This document shows positions 1 through 9,804 of a stretch of 64,000 nucleotides of DNA, piece by piece. Source of the stretch: a virus (lineage: Duplodnaviria; Caudoviricetes); IMG/VR virus record IMGVR_UViG_3300037067_003476, positions 32,001 through 96,000 of that record; one strand, written 5' to 3'. The notes under the pieces are model-generated. The model ran no database searches, was not told the DNA's origin, and saw only the letters and a program-made list of their open reading frames with translations. Position 1 is the stretch's first letter. Each line of letters opens with the position of its first letter. The position numbers and the translations under genes were made by a program.

Positions 1-379
1 TAAAAACAACGAGTATGTTACCAGTATTGTTGCCGAAAAGCTATATCCATTTTTGTTCTCGTCGTACAGTATCCTTGTAACGGATATTGATTATGTTGTC
101 CTGGATAGTTTTAGAGATATGGTAGACAAGTATTTAAGAAGCAACTCTGTACAAATCGTTTCTGGATCATTGAGTAGTGCTCATTGTGCATATTGTATCG
201 GCATCTCGTTGAGAACAGTTAGGGTGTTGTTAGATAATAACGTAGATAATGACCTGTTTGCTAATATCGTTCAGGCTCTAAAAAGTGTTGCACCATCGAC
301 ACTTAGCGACGTTACGATAAAATGTCTGGGATCAAGAAAAATATTAGAAAAAACAATCATAAATAGCGGTAATAGTTGA
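1..379 (+). CDS. hypothetical protein, 5'-truncated by window edge
   Basis: Frame is open from position 2 to TGA at 377-379; no recognisable motif. Confidence 0.6.
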   Translation, partial: KNNEYVTSIVAEKLYPFLFSSYSILVTDIDYVVLDSFRDMVDKYLRSNSVQIVSGSLSSAHCAYCIGISLRTVRVLLDNNVDNDLFANIVQALKSVAPSTLSDVTIKCLGSRKILEKTIINSGNS

Positions 380-395
380 TAGGAGGGTACGGCGC

Positions 396-1247
396 ATGGA
401 CTACATTAGCGCCTTCAAGTCATACCTAGTATCCGAATGTGGTTTATCCAAAGGAACAGTAGGTGGATATGTATATGATGTTCAAGAGTTTATGAAATTT
501 TTATTGGCAAATGGATTGGACTATTCTGGTCGCTCAGTTGACCTGTTTCTAAATTCACTCAAACTAAAATCGTCTACACTTAACAGAAAACGTATGTCTA
601 TTAGAGCACTCTACAGATATATGGTTTCTATCAACAAAATACAGGCAAACGAACTATTGATGATAGACCCAATCAAAACAGATTGGCAACAAATGCCAGC
701 GTTAACATATGATCAATACAAGAAAATTATACAGATAGCCAATGAGCGAGACGCGGCAATTATGGTTACGTTATGTGTGTCGGGCATGAGAGTCAGCGAA
801 TTATGCCAGATGAATGTTGGTGATGTGAGAGAATCTGTCGACACAATTCGTATCATGGGAAAGGGTAAGGTTGAGAGATTGGTTATTATTTCGACCGAAT
901 GTAGAAAAATTATCATTGATTACGTTAACGGATGGAGGTCGAGGTTCGCGGTGCCAGATAATAATGCAATGTTTATAAAACAAGACGGTAGTAGATTAAC
1001 CAGGCGTGCTGTAAGTGACATGATATGCCGACTTGCTAATAAGGCTGGTGTACAACATTCTACGTCGCACACAATGAGGCGAACATATGCGACAATGGCC
1101 ATGAATAATGGCGTTGATATAAAGGATGTTCAGATGCTGCTTGGACACAAATCTATTAGCGCAACACAAAGGTATCTTGGATTAAGCCGTGATAGGCTTA
1201 TGAGTGTCTATCGTAGGTTTCATCCATCTTGCTGTGAGGTGTCGTAA
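396..1247 (+). CDS. XerC/XerD-like tyrosine recombinase
   Basis: SAM-like N-terminus; GMRVSEL (catalytic R), GKGKVER, HTMRRTYAT, LLGH, TQRY; SD AGGAGG upstream. Confidence 0.92.
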   Translation: MDYISAFKSYLVSECGLSKGTVGGYVYDVQEFMKFLLANGLDYSGRSVDLFLNSLKLKSSTLNRKRMSIRALYRYMVSINKIQANELLMIDPIKTDWQQMPALTYDQYKKIIQIANERDAAIMVTLCVSGMRVSELCQMNVGDVRESVDTIRIMGKGKVERLVIISTECRKIIIDYVNGWRSRFAVPDNNAMFIKQDGSRLTRRAVSDMICRLANKAGVQHSTSHTMRRTYATMAMNNGVDIKDVQMLLGHKSISATQRYLGLSRDRLMSVYRRFHPSCCEVS

Positions 1248-1921
1248 TGGCAGAACAAGTAGAAGCTGCACAACAAAACATTATCGAAATTGAAGACGAT
1301 CAGTATGTGTCACCAGATCATCGACGTATCTATGTCTTTGGAAATATATCTGATGACATGGGTCTAAGAACAATACAAAAAATCCAACGACTTTCGACGC
1401 AACCAGACCCGATCTATATGTACATATCTTCTGACGGGGGGGATATAGATCCGTGCATGGCAATCATAGACCAGATGAGTGTGTGTCCATGTGATATTAT
1501 AACTATTGTTGTCGGCAGGGCGTGCTCTGCCGCAGCTATCATAGCAGAATTTGGTGTCAAAAGATATATAATGCCTAATGCGTTTATGATGTTTCATCCG
1601 ATATACTATTGCTCGGGCGAAGATTATGTAGATCAACAAACAAAGATAGCCAAATTTTCGTCAGAGCAATACGAAAATGTTTTGTTTATATTAAGTAAGA
1701 AATTGAGACGAAGCGTGCAGAAACTACGACAATTATTTGACAAGGGATTATGGCTTGGATCTAAGGAAGCAATTAAGCAAAAATTCATAGATGGATTATG
1801 GACAAGGGAACTTGAGACACAAGCAATAAATAGTGTATCCAGCGAGAAAAGCAATAGGGCGTTTATAGAATTACTGAGATTGTTTATCAATAAAATGTAT
1901 CCTTCTGACATAAGGGGATAA
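1247..1921 (+). CDS. ClpP-like (S14) protease subunit
   Basis: RRIYVFG, PIYMYISSDGG, GRACSAAAII (Ser), PNAFMMFHP (His), WLGSKEA..FID. Confidence 0.88.
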   Translation: MAEQVEAAQQNIIEIEDDQYVSPDHRRIYVFGNISDDMGLRTIQKIQRLSTQPDPIYMYISSDGGDIDPCMAIIDQMSVCPCDIITIVVGRACSAAAIIAEFGVKRYIMPNAFMMFHPIYYCSGEDYVDQQTKIAKFSSEQYENVLFILSKKLRRSVQKLRQLFDKGLWLGSKEAIKQKFIDGLWTRELETQAINSVSSEKSNRAFIELLRLFINKMYPSDIRG

Positions 1922-1926
1922 TCGTA

Positions 1927-2415
1927 GTGAACAGAAGAATAATATCTGGGTATCTTAACTACTATATCCAACACTTCGATTCACTTATACACAGCGCGAT
2001 ACGACTTCGAGGTGGCGCAAGAAAGGATTATGATGAACTTTATGCCATAGCTATAGAGGAACTATTATATTGTTTGTCTCACTTTGATCGTAGGGGGGAT
2101 AGCTTTCTGAAGTCATTCATATTTGGACGAATCGTTGGTATACTTTCACACCACGATGCATGGATTAATAGATTGCCATATAGTCCAATACACAACTACA
2201 GTGCGCAATACACGGAATCCCCAGAGAACAAAATTTTGGTTGAAGAGTTGTTGGATATGTTAGACGGTACGTCTAGACGAATCGTTGTTGACCACTATAT
2301 GAACGACATATCGTTTACAGATATATCGCGACAGACCGGTATTTCGTATGGGATTGTTTGGAGAAAGGGGCAAAAGGCTATAAGGGATTTGAAAAGGATG
2401 GTGCTATGTGGATAA
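1927..2415 (+). CDS. small sigma-70-family RNA polymerase sigma factor
   Basis: Region-2-like DELYAIAIEELL...FDRRGDSF; C-terminal region-4 HTH (SFTDISRQTGISYGIVWRKGQKAIRDLK). Confidence 0.75.
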   Translation: MNRRIISGYLNYYIQHFDSLIHSAIRLRGGARKDYDELYAIAIEELLYCLSHFDRRGDSFLKSFIFGRIVGILSHHDAWINRLPYSPIHNYSAQYTESPENKILVEELLDMLDGTSRRIVVDHYMNDISFTDISRQTGISYGIVWRKGQKAIRDLKRMVLCG

Positions 2416-3088
2416 GATACTAAGAACAGTGCCGCTACAAACCCCGGTAGACGAACTGTGTGTCTATTTATCTGGGCCGATTGATTTTGCCACAAATGCT
2501 ACTGGATGGAGAAACGTTATCACAAATAGGCTCGTTGCAATGGGTTTTAGTGAGGATAAAATATACAACCCATGTCGCAAGCCACTTCCATCAGACCACT
2601 TTCTTTGTCAAAACAGCGAAGGCGAATTGCTGAAACAATATCGCAGCCTTAGAAAGTGGGCTCAAAGAGACGATTTGGTGGACCTACTAGCACATATTGA
2701 TTTGCGAATGGTTGATAAATCTGATATAGTTTTTGTTAATTTTCCGAAGTTTGGCCAGTCTGCGTTCCAAAAAGAGATAGCTGATCTTAGTAAACTATCA
2801 ATGAGCGACGATGTTCTTGCGTTTTGTAACAGCCTCATCGCGAAGTTGTGTGACACGCGTGTTCAGACATACGGTACAATGCACGAAATTGTTGTTGCGA
2901 GACAACAGAAAAAGCCAGTTTTGGTTATTTGGGAGGGTGGAATAAGCGAGTCGTCTGGATGGGTATCTTGGCTAGTTGGCCATGAAAACATTTTCCCGAC
3001 ACTTGATGACGCAATTGATCGCTTATCGCTAGTATTAAACGGACAAAAGTTTGTGGATAATCGTCAGTGGACAATATTTGGAAAGTAG
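2408..3088 (+). CDS. nucleoside 2-deoxyribosyltransferase-like protein
   Basis: VYLSGPID...WR...NP, DLRMVDKSD, GTMHEI..A...KPV pattern. Confidence 0.75.
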   Translation: MDKILRTVPLQTPVDELCVYLSGPIDFATNATGWRNVITNRLVAMGFSEDKIYNPCRKPLPSDHFLCQNSEGELLKQYRSLRKWAQRDDLVDLLAHIDLRMVDKSDIVFVNFPKFGQSAFQKEIADLSKLSMSDDVLAFCNSLIAKLCDTRVQTYGTMHEIVVARQQKKPVLVIWEGGISESSGWVSWLVGHENIFPTLDDAIDRLSLVLNGQKFVDNRQWTIFGK

Positions 3089-3095
3089 GTAAATA

Positions 3096-3368
3096 ATGGA
3101 AAACAAGGTTGAGAGTTTTGTAAAGGCTATGTCTGCGGCTGTAGAGGCATTGGCCGAGATTAATCCAGATGCCATGAAGTCTCTTGTAGAAGGCACAAAT
3201 ATTCCTGTCGGACTAAGAGATACTGCTAAGTTTAATTTGCCTGTAGACTTTGTTACGAGAGAAGAAATATCGTCATTGCGAAGAAGGCTTGCTGCATCTG
3301 TTGCGGCAGAGAAATGGACCGAGGGATTTGTGTTCGCATTGTGGCTGGTACGAGCTTTGGCTGTTTGA
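3096..3368 (+). CDS. hypothetical protein with hydrophobic C-terminus
   Basis: ORF in operon; C-terminal WTEGFVFALWLVRALAV. Confidence 0.6.
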   Translation: MENKVESFVKAMSAAVEALAEINPDAMKSLVEGTNIPVGLRDTAKFNLPVDFVTREEISSLRRRLAASVAAEKWTEGFVFALWLVRALAV

Positions 3369-3379
3369 GGAGAACCAAC

Positions 3380-3928
3380 GTGAAGAAGATAATCTGTTGC
3401 GTGGCCGTGTGTTTGTTGTTAGTTATCGGGTGTGGTAGAAGTATCAATGTGGCAGAAGACTCGTTGAGTCGATATGTTAAGGTAAATGACGAGGTAAGGA
3501 CGGCGCTGTTTGTAAAGGCGTGGGGGCTAAATCGAGCGGCAATCACTGAAAGTCGCCAGAAATTAACAAAAACAGCAGAACTGGCACTAGTTGAATCTGC
3601 CCAGGATGGTAAGGTTGACACATCGGTAGCGAGGAATGTCGTGTCTAGCCTTGAAACAGAACTTGGAAAGGACGAGGTTGTTAGTAGCGAAAACTTTGCA
3701 TATCTATCGTTCTTAATGGTCGCAGGTGAACGTGCCGATTCACTCGGTGGCAACGTTGAATTTTACTTAGAGTCGCAGAAACCAATCTGGAAACAATTAT
3801 CATCAGAAGCAAAGCACGGAGTAGATTCTATCGTTGCCGAATTTGATGCGTGGAGCAAGATTATATCTTCGCTAAAGTCATTATTGCCTGATAGCTGGAC
3901 TGGCACCACGACACAAGCATCAAACTGA
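3380..3928 (+). CDS. putative lipoprotein
   Basis: GTG at 3380 after SD GAGGAG; KK, hydrophobic stretch, lipobox-like VIGC. Confidence 0.7.
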   Translation: MKKIICCVAVCLLLVIGCGRSINVAEDSLSRYVKVNDEVRTALFVKAWGLNRAAITESRQKLTKTAELALVESAQDGKVDTSVARNVVSSLETELGKDEVVSSENFAYLSFLMVAGERADSLGGNVEFYLESQKPIWKQLSSEAKHGVDSIVAEFDAWSKIISSLKSLLPDSWTGTTTQASN

Positions 3929-3951
3929 GATAAGCGTTTTCTGTTTTGTTC

Positions 3952-3985
3952 GTGGGCTAGATTAATCTGGCCCACACCTTTATTT
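3952..3985 (+). terminator. hairpin / putative intrinsic terminator
   Basis: GTGGGCTAGAT-TA-ATCTGGCCCAC stem followed by T-rich tract, in an intergenic gap. Confidence 0.55.
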
Positions 3986-3998
3986 GTGCGGAGACAAT

Positions 3999-4958
3999 AT
4001 GTCAAATCGGGTTTTGGTTGTTGGTGGCGCTGGCTATGTTGGCGGAAGCCTAGTTGATCAGTTGTTAAGTGCTGGCTACGATGTTGACGTGTATGATTCC
4101 TTGGTCTACGAAGATACGTATCTCAAGCCAGTTAATTTTATATACGGTGACGTAAGAGATTACGCAAAGTTATCAAGAATGATTAACAACTATTGTATTG
4201 TGGTGTGGTTGGCTGCGATTGTTGGAGATGCTGCGTGTGCCACAGATCCATTTCTTACTAGGTCAATTAATTACGAATCCGTCAAATGGTTGGTGGATCA
4301 TTATGATGGTAAGGTTTGTTACCCTTCGACCTGTTCAGTCTACGGTATAAATAATGAACTGATAACAGAAGAAGCTGTGCCTAATCCGTTATCTGTCTAT
4401 GCTGAAACCAAACTGATGGCAGAACAATACATACTCAATAAGGGTAATGACAATGCTCTTATTTTCAGACTTGGAACTTTGTATGGGTTGGGCGATAGAT
4501 TTAGTAGGATAAGATTTGATTTGGTCGCAAATGTTCTTGCTCGCAATGCTGCGTCCGGACGACCACTAGTAGTAAATGGTGGCGATCAATGGCGACCATT
4601 ACTACACGTTAGAGATGTTGCTGGTGCAATGATCTTTGGTATTCAAAATAATATTAGTGGATTGTTTAATCTGAGTCGAGAGAATTGTCGTATTCGCGAT
4701 ATAGCACAACACGTTAAGGGTGTTATTCCAGATGCCAACATAAAGTATGTCGACATGAACTTTGAAGACGCGCGTAATTATCGTGTATCTAGCGACCGAT
4801 ATCGCTCTTTTGGATGGAGACCAGATCTTGACCTAGATGTCGGTATCATAGAAATCATGCAACTCATAAAACAAAAGAGAATAAGAAATGTTGACGATCC
4901 ATTGTTTAGCAACGTCGACTATATTAGGAGATTGACGACAGGAGGGTGGGTTAGATGA
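3999..4958 (+). CDS. NAD-dependent sugar epimerase/dehydratase (extended SDR)
   Basis: GGAGYVG, STCSVYG, YAETK (YxxxK), FRLGTLYG; ATG 3999 after GGAGA. Confidence 0.92.
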   Translation: MSNRVLVVGGAGYVGGSLVDQLLSAGYDVDVYDSLVYEDTYLKPVNFIYGDVRDYAKLSRMINNYCIVVWLAAIVGDAACATDPFLTRSINYESVKWLVDHYDGKVCYPSTCSVYGINNELITEEAVPNPLSVYAETKLMAEQYILNKGNDNALIFRLGTLYGLGDRFSRIRFDLVANVLARNAASGRPLVVNGGDQWRPLLHVRDVAGAMIFGIQNNISGLFNLSRENCRIRDIAQHVKGVIPDANIKYVDMNFEDARNYRVSSDRYRSFGWRPDLDLDVGIIEIMQLIKQKRIRNVDDPLFSNVDYIRRLTTGGWVR

Positions 4959-5734
4959 TTATACTTGGTGCTACAGGAATGCTTGGAAGACAACTGGTCA
5001 AATTGTTTCCAGGATGGGAAAAGTACAGTTCCAAAGAATTTGACTTTTCAAAAGTAGATAATATATATAGGTTCGCAAATTCACTTGATCCAAACGATGT
5101 TGTAATTAATGCATGTGGGCTACTACGCCAACACCTGTCTGACGACCCCACTCCAGAAGAATATCAAAGGGCATTTAACCTAAACTGTTTTTTGCCACAG
5201 GTGCTATCGTGGCGATGTAGGCTGCTCCACATCAGCACGGATTGCGCAATGGAAGGTACAAAAGGGAACTATACAGAAAACGATTTGCCAGACGGGAAAG
5301 ACCTGTACGCGAGATCGAAATCGCTTGGCGAGGCACCATCGAGAGCTATGGTCATACGCACATCTATCATAGGAAAGGAAGACAAAAATTTCAAGGGATT
5401 GATGGCATGGTTCTTAAGCCAAACTAAGGCCAATGGGTTTACAAACCACATGTGGAATGGCATGACGACAAATGAGTTGGCGAGATGTATTAGGATGATT
5501 GTCGACAACGATTGGTGGGAACCAGGACTATTCCATCTATACAGCAACACTGTTAGTAAATACGATCTGCTTAGTATGATTAATTTGTATAGAAAGAATC
5601 CTGCAACAATTACTCCGATTAAGGCCGACAAGGTTGTCGACAGAACATTGAGAACAATACATCCGGAATTCATGAATAGGTTTTGCATTAGAACACTATC
5701 CGACCAAATCAAAGAGGCCATGATCAATGAGTAA
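4955..5734 (+). CDS. RmlD-like NDP-4-keto-6-deoxysugar reductase
   Basis: GATGMLG, HISTDC, YARSK, IRTSIIG. Confidence 0.88.
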   Translation: MIILGATGMLGRQLVKLFPGWEKYSSKEFDFSKVDNIYRFANSLDPNDVVINACGLLRQHLSDDPTPEEYQRAFNLNCFLPQVLSWRCRLLHISTDCAMEGTKGNYTENDLPDGKDLYARSKSLGEAPSRAMVIRTSIIGKEDKNFKGLMAWFLSQTKANGFTNHMWNGMTTNELARCIRMIVDNDWWEPGLFHLYSNTVSKYDLLSMINLYRKNPATITPIKADKVVDRTLRTIHPEFMNRFCIRTLSDQIKEAMINE

Positions 5735-6818
5735 ACCCGTAGTAATGACAATCTCTGGAATACGCCCAGATTTTATACGTATGTCTGCTGTATATAAAAG
5801 GCTGGATGAATGCACAGATCACTGTCTCGTACATTCAGGCCAACATTTTGATACAATTTTATCGGGAACATTTTTTGACGAATTCAATATTCGCGAACCA
5901 GATTACAACCTAGATATAGGTAAGGATAGTCCTAGTCATTGGATGCAATTGTCAAACCTCACTAGGCGATTGTTTGAACTCATAAAAAGAGAAAGTCTAA
6001 ATCCAGACTTAATTTTGTTTTTGGGCGACAGCAATTCTGTGTGTTGTTCACTCCCACTGAAAAAGGAAGGATTCAAGATAGGTCATATCGAAGCCGGAAT
6101 GAGATCTGGAGATAGGCGTATGCTAGAAGAAATCAATCGGGTGACGTGCGACCACTGTTCAGACATATTGTTTACGTATCATAACGACTATAGAGACAAT
6201 CTACTTCTAGAAAATGTCAAACAAGAAAGCATACATGTTGTTGGCAACACAATAGTCGAGGTTTGTAAGCCGATAGCCGACAAGCTAAAACAACGACCAA
6301 GCGCACGAAATCAAATCATTGTAGATATACATAGGCCAGAATCGATTAACGACCCTAACAGATTACATAATATTCTTCGTCTTGCAGAATATCTTGGGAA
6401 TGTTTATAGGGTGCCCGTTAGGTTTTTGAAATTTAGTCGCACGATGCGAGCTATTAAGAAGGCTGGATTAGATTTTGGTAGTATTACGCCAGTTGCGCTT
6501 ATGGGGTATGGTGATTTCCTTAGAGAACAATATGATTCGGTTTGTCTAGTATCTGATAGCGGAACTGCGCAAGAAGAAACCGCATTGCTTAACACCCCGG
6601 TCTTGGTTCCAAGAGACTACACAGAACGCCCACAGTCTGTTGTGTTTGGATGTTCTGCCATGGTTAACGCAAATAATGTCCGTCAAGTAGATGTGAATAG
6701 ATATGTTGAATGGGTTGATATGACGTTGAGCGAACCAGATCGCATGAAGACGGAGTGGCTTGGGGATGGAAACACAGCGCAGAAAATCGTAGAAATAATC
6801 GAAAGGATAATTCGGTGA
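5727..6818 (+). CDS. non-hydrolysing UDP-N-acetylhexosamine 2-epimerase (WecB/FnlC-like)
   Basis: GIRPDFIRM, HSGQH, LGDSNS, HIEAGMRS, EEINR, DSGTAQEE, TERP. Confidence 0.92.
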   Translation: MSKPVVMTISGIRPDFIRMSAVYKRLDECTDHCLVHSGQHFDTILSGTFFDEFNIREPDYNLDIGKDSPSHWMQLSNLTRRLFELIKRESLNPDLILFLGDSNSVCCSLPLKKEGFKIGHIEAGMRSGDRRMLEEINRVTCDHCSDILFTYHNDYRDNLLLENVKQESIHVVGNTIVEVCKPIADKLKQRPSARNQIIVDIHRPESINDPNRLHNILRLAEYLGNVYRVPVRFLKFSRTMRAIKKAGLDFGSITPVALMGYGDFLREQYDSVCLVSDSGTAQEETALLNTPVLVPRDYTERPQSVVFGCSAMVNANNVRQVDVNRYVEWVDMTLSEPDRMKTEWLGDGNTAQKIVEIIERIIR

Positions 6819-7717
6819 TATATCTAAATGCTCAAGTGGTAAATTCTTCGTTTAACGATGATACCTTTTGGAGATGGATTCATAGAGAACTTCCCAATGA
6901 TACAATTATTGCACCTCCTCCAGACGAATTAAACCCGGAAGACGTTGTTCTTCACTACTCAACAATGGGTACGCCGAAACATCCAGAGCACACGATAGCT
7001 CTGTTATGGGAATTGTATCCAGACATGAAGGATAAATTGGGATCAAATGTCTGGGACTATATATTGGACGAAATAGATAAATGTAAAACAGCAGCACGAA
7101 AAACTGTTACTACTGATTTAATGCGTCCATATTACGCTGAATTTGGATTAATACATAAATTACCAATCGGAATAGATACTGACTTATTTAAACCAGCGGT
7201 CGACAAGAATGCGTTGCGCGCAAAATATGGGATTCCATTAGGCGCTAGTGTTGGATTTTATTGCGGTACTAGTCATCCGATGAAAGGTGCTGATTTAGCT
7301 AAACAATATTTTGTCGAACACCCAGATGTATTCCCATTGCTGGTATGGAAAAGTCCGTATGAGAGATATCCAATAAGCGGTGGCAAACAGTTTTGCGCTA
7401 TTCAGCAATCGCAGTTGGCAGAACTAATGGGTTGTTCGGATTTCTTTTTGTGCTGTGGTAGGCTGTTGCCATTCTTTTTGGTAGAGTGGGAAGCCTTGGC
7501 GGCGAATTTACCGGCAGTTGTTATCGGTGGCGTTGGAAGAGATTTTGTTCCTGGACAAAACCCGCGAGACCAGATATTTGACAAAGGATGGGATCGTGAC
7601 AGTGCTCTTGTGACATGGATTGACTACATTAACGATCTTATAGACGACAATACGGATGGAGAAGGGCCGTTTATTGATGGAGGTAGTCAAAAGATAAAAA
7701 AGGTTAAAGATGCCTAA
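6815..7717 (+). CDS. GT-B (GT4-like) glycosyltransferase, divergent
   Basis: PIGIDTDLFKP..K..LR.KYGIP, LAELMGCSD, EALAANLP; GTG overlaps upstream TGA. Confidence 0.72.
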   Translation: MIYLNAQVVNSSFNDDTFWRWIHRELPNDTIIAPPPDELNPEDVVLHYSTMGTPKHPEHTIALLWELYPDMKDKLGSNVWDYILDEIDKCKTAARKTVTTDLMRPYYAEFGLIHKLPIGIDTDLFKPAVDKNALRAKYGIPLGASVGFYCGTSHPMKGADLAKQYFVEHPDVFPLLVWKSPYERYPISGGKQFCAIQQSQLAELMGCSDFFLCCGRLLPFFLVEWEALAANLPAVVIGGVGRDFVPGQNPRDQIFDKGWDRDSALVTWIDYINDLIDDNTDGEGPFIDGGSQKIKKVKDA

Positions 7718-8465
7718 TATAAGCATTATCTCTCTTATTTATAAATCCACTAGATTTGCAGATGCTGTCTATGATTCTATTGTTAAGTATACACCATTGA
7801 TCGAAGGTTGGCAAGCGGAGTTTTTCTTTGTAGCCAATGACGCCGATGATCGGGTAATTAAACACATACAAGGTCGTGGGATAAAGTGCGTTATTCAAAA
7901 CAATGATCGCAAGACAGATGAAGAGTTGTTTGGGATGGGGATAGGTTGGCCCGAGTACATTAGTCGGGTATACAAGGGGTGGAATAGGGCGATACTTGAA
8001 GCACAAGATATAGTGGTATTAGTAAATAGTGATTGTCTATTTTCTCCTGGATGGCTTGAGAACCTTTTGAAACACGCCAGACAGGATCGCGTCGTGTGCT
8101 CGCAATTATTTGAGCGAAAGCATCCAAAGTACGGTATTTTCCCAGGAGCATATCACGGTGAATTTGGAAACCATCCAGATAACTTTAATGAGGATGAATT
8201 TTTACAAGCAGCACGTAATGTATCTCGCCCAATACTTAGGCAGGGTGGCGCATATATGCCATGTTTGTTTTATAAAGACATTGCGCTGAATGCTGGAATG
8301 TATCCGGAGGGCAACATTGCCGGAAAAAACTTTAACCACATAGTAAGATACGGGGATGAAGATTTTTTTCTTCGTCTTGCTATGCTTGGCGTATCCCATG
8401 TAACAGCGATGGATTCAATTGTCTACCACTTTAAAGAGGGCGAAATGGAGGACATTGGTGTATAA
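7710..8465 (+). CDS. GT-A (GT2-like) glycosyltransferase
   Basis: ISIISLIY, GWNRAI, VNSD..FSPGWL, GDEDF, IVYHF. Confidence 0.82.
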   Translation: MPNISIISLIYKSTRFADAVYDSIVKYTPLIEGWQAEFFFVANDADDRVIKHIQGRGIKCVIQNNDRKTDEELFGMGIGWPEYISRVYKGWNRAILEAQDIVVLVNSDCLFSPGWLENLLKHARQDRVVCSQLFERKHPKYGIFPGAYHGEFGNHPDNFNEDEFLQAARNVSRPILRQGGAYMPCLFYKDIALNAGMYPEGNIAGKNFNHIVRYGDEDFFLRLAMLGVSHVTAMDSIVYHFKEGEMEDIGV

Positions 8466-8481
8466 GATTATAGAAAAAAAC

Positions 8482-8904
8482 ATGCGTAAAATTGTGTCAA
8501 CAGCAATCTTTGTTTTACTGATAGTGGTACTGAACGTATGGTATAACCATTTCAGAGATAGTATTGGCGAGAATGAGGTATCTATAATTACGTCTGTCGC
8601 GATTAATGTCCTTCTAACAGAAAATGATGTATCACAACAGGACGCCATAATTCTGCTTCGATATGTCGATGCTATATCCGATGTGCTGGTTTCTGAACCT
8701 GAAAGAGACTTTCGAAAGGCGAGAGAATTGGTTGTCTCTCAATTGCCAGAACACCTGAGATTCATTGGAAATCGGATAGTTGATCTTATCCAGGTATATA
8801 CTGATAGGTATATGCAGAATGGCGACAACACTGAAAAAATCGAATTTGCCAAAATCGTTACCCGCTTTATAAAAGATGGAATCGAGTCGTATGTCACAAA
8901 TTAA
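8482..8904 (+). CDS. membrane-anchored hypothetical protein
   Basis: MRK followed by N-terminal hydrophobic helix. Confidence 0.62.
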   Translation: MRKIVSTAIFVLLIVVLNVWYNHFRDSIGENEVSIITSVAINVLLTENDVSQQDAIILLRYVDAISDVLVSEPERDFRKARELVVSQLPEHLRFIGNRIVDLIQVYTDRYMQNGDNTEKIEFAKIVTRFIKDGIESYVTN

Positions 8905-9208
8905 TTGTGTATTCAATTCATTTGTTATCGATGACGATGTGTTGGTAGTAGAATTTGTTGTGCCGGGTAGGACACACGCAGATATTGCCGTTGAGATAGA
9001 TAGCGATAGGTCATTGATTGTTATCGCCAGGGCGACCAATTCGCTTGCCGGGTCTATTGGAAGCGTCCCAGTGCAATATCAAACATCGCCCATAAATAAC
9101 AGATGGGATATTGAACACATCAGGACTGTTTGTTCTAACGGAATGCTGACAATTACAATACCTGCTATTAGTTATGTAAACCCACGAAATTATGTGAGCC
9201 CAAATTGA
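8891..9208 (+). CDS. small heat-shock protein (Hsp20/alpha-crystallin)
   Basis: VEFVVPG...DIAVEI...LIV, NGMLTITIP. Confidence 0.8.
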   Translation: MSQINCVFNSFVIDDDVLVVEFVVPGRTHADIAVEIDSDRSLIVIARATNSLAGSIGSVPVQYQTSPINNRWDIEHIRTVCSNGMLTITIPAISYVNPRNYVSPN

Positions 9209-9804
9209 TACTAGATATTATCGATGACATCGTGTTAGATAAGTCAACAATAACGGCGTTATTGCCATACGTTCCACAACTACAAAAAAGCATGTATGTT
9301 CGGCAAAGAACTGGTACGGTTTTTCAGCACACGAAAAGAGTGGTAGATCTTCTACAAGTTCGTAATGTAATTACGGTATGCTGTGCTGTATTTCATGACC
9401 TCGGCAAATGCCGTAGCTTTAAGTCTCATCAGCTTATTTCGTCTGATATAGCCCGAACATTCTTCACACAGAATTGGTTTGATTACCAAATGGTTTCTTC
9501 GATTGACAGAATAATCAGATCGCACATGTACGATCTATGGCCAGTAGCGCTTTCTCCGGATAAGATGACTGACAAACTGATCGCTAGCGTCGGGTTATCC
9601 AATATAACCAATTGGTTTGCCCTAAGACGCGCTGATATTGCATCATACGGGAATCCGGCATCAATAAAACTTGTTGATGATGTACAACAACTAATAAAAA
9701 ATAAACTCGAACAACAGGGTAGTGATTTGAAATTATTGTCGCCACATAATATCGCAATGTCTGGTAAAGACGAATTATGGAATAGTGTCAAATGCTGGAT
9801 ATAA
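9205..9804 (+). CDS. HD-domain phosphohydrolase (resembles HD domain of CCA-adding enzymes)
   Basis: VFQHT, AVFHDLGK, H...S..IA, IIRSHM, ADI. Confidence 0.8.
   Translation: MILDIIDDIVLDKSTITALLPYVPQLQKSMYVRQRTGTVFQHTKRVVDLLQVRNVITVCCAVFHDLGKCRSFKSHQLISSDIARTFFTQNWFDYQMVSSIDRIIRSHMYDLWPVALSPDKMTDKLIASVGLSNITNWFALRRADIASYGNPASIKLVDDVQQLIKNKLEQQGSDLKLLSPHNIAMSGKDELWNSVKCWI

Noticed and set aside
396-1247. Integrase marking a prophage boundary
   Set aside because: It looks XerC/D-like with no arm-binding domain; no att repeat, tRNA or host genes are seen nearby.
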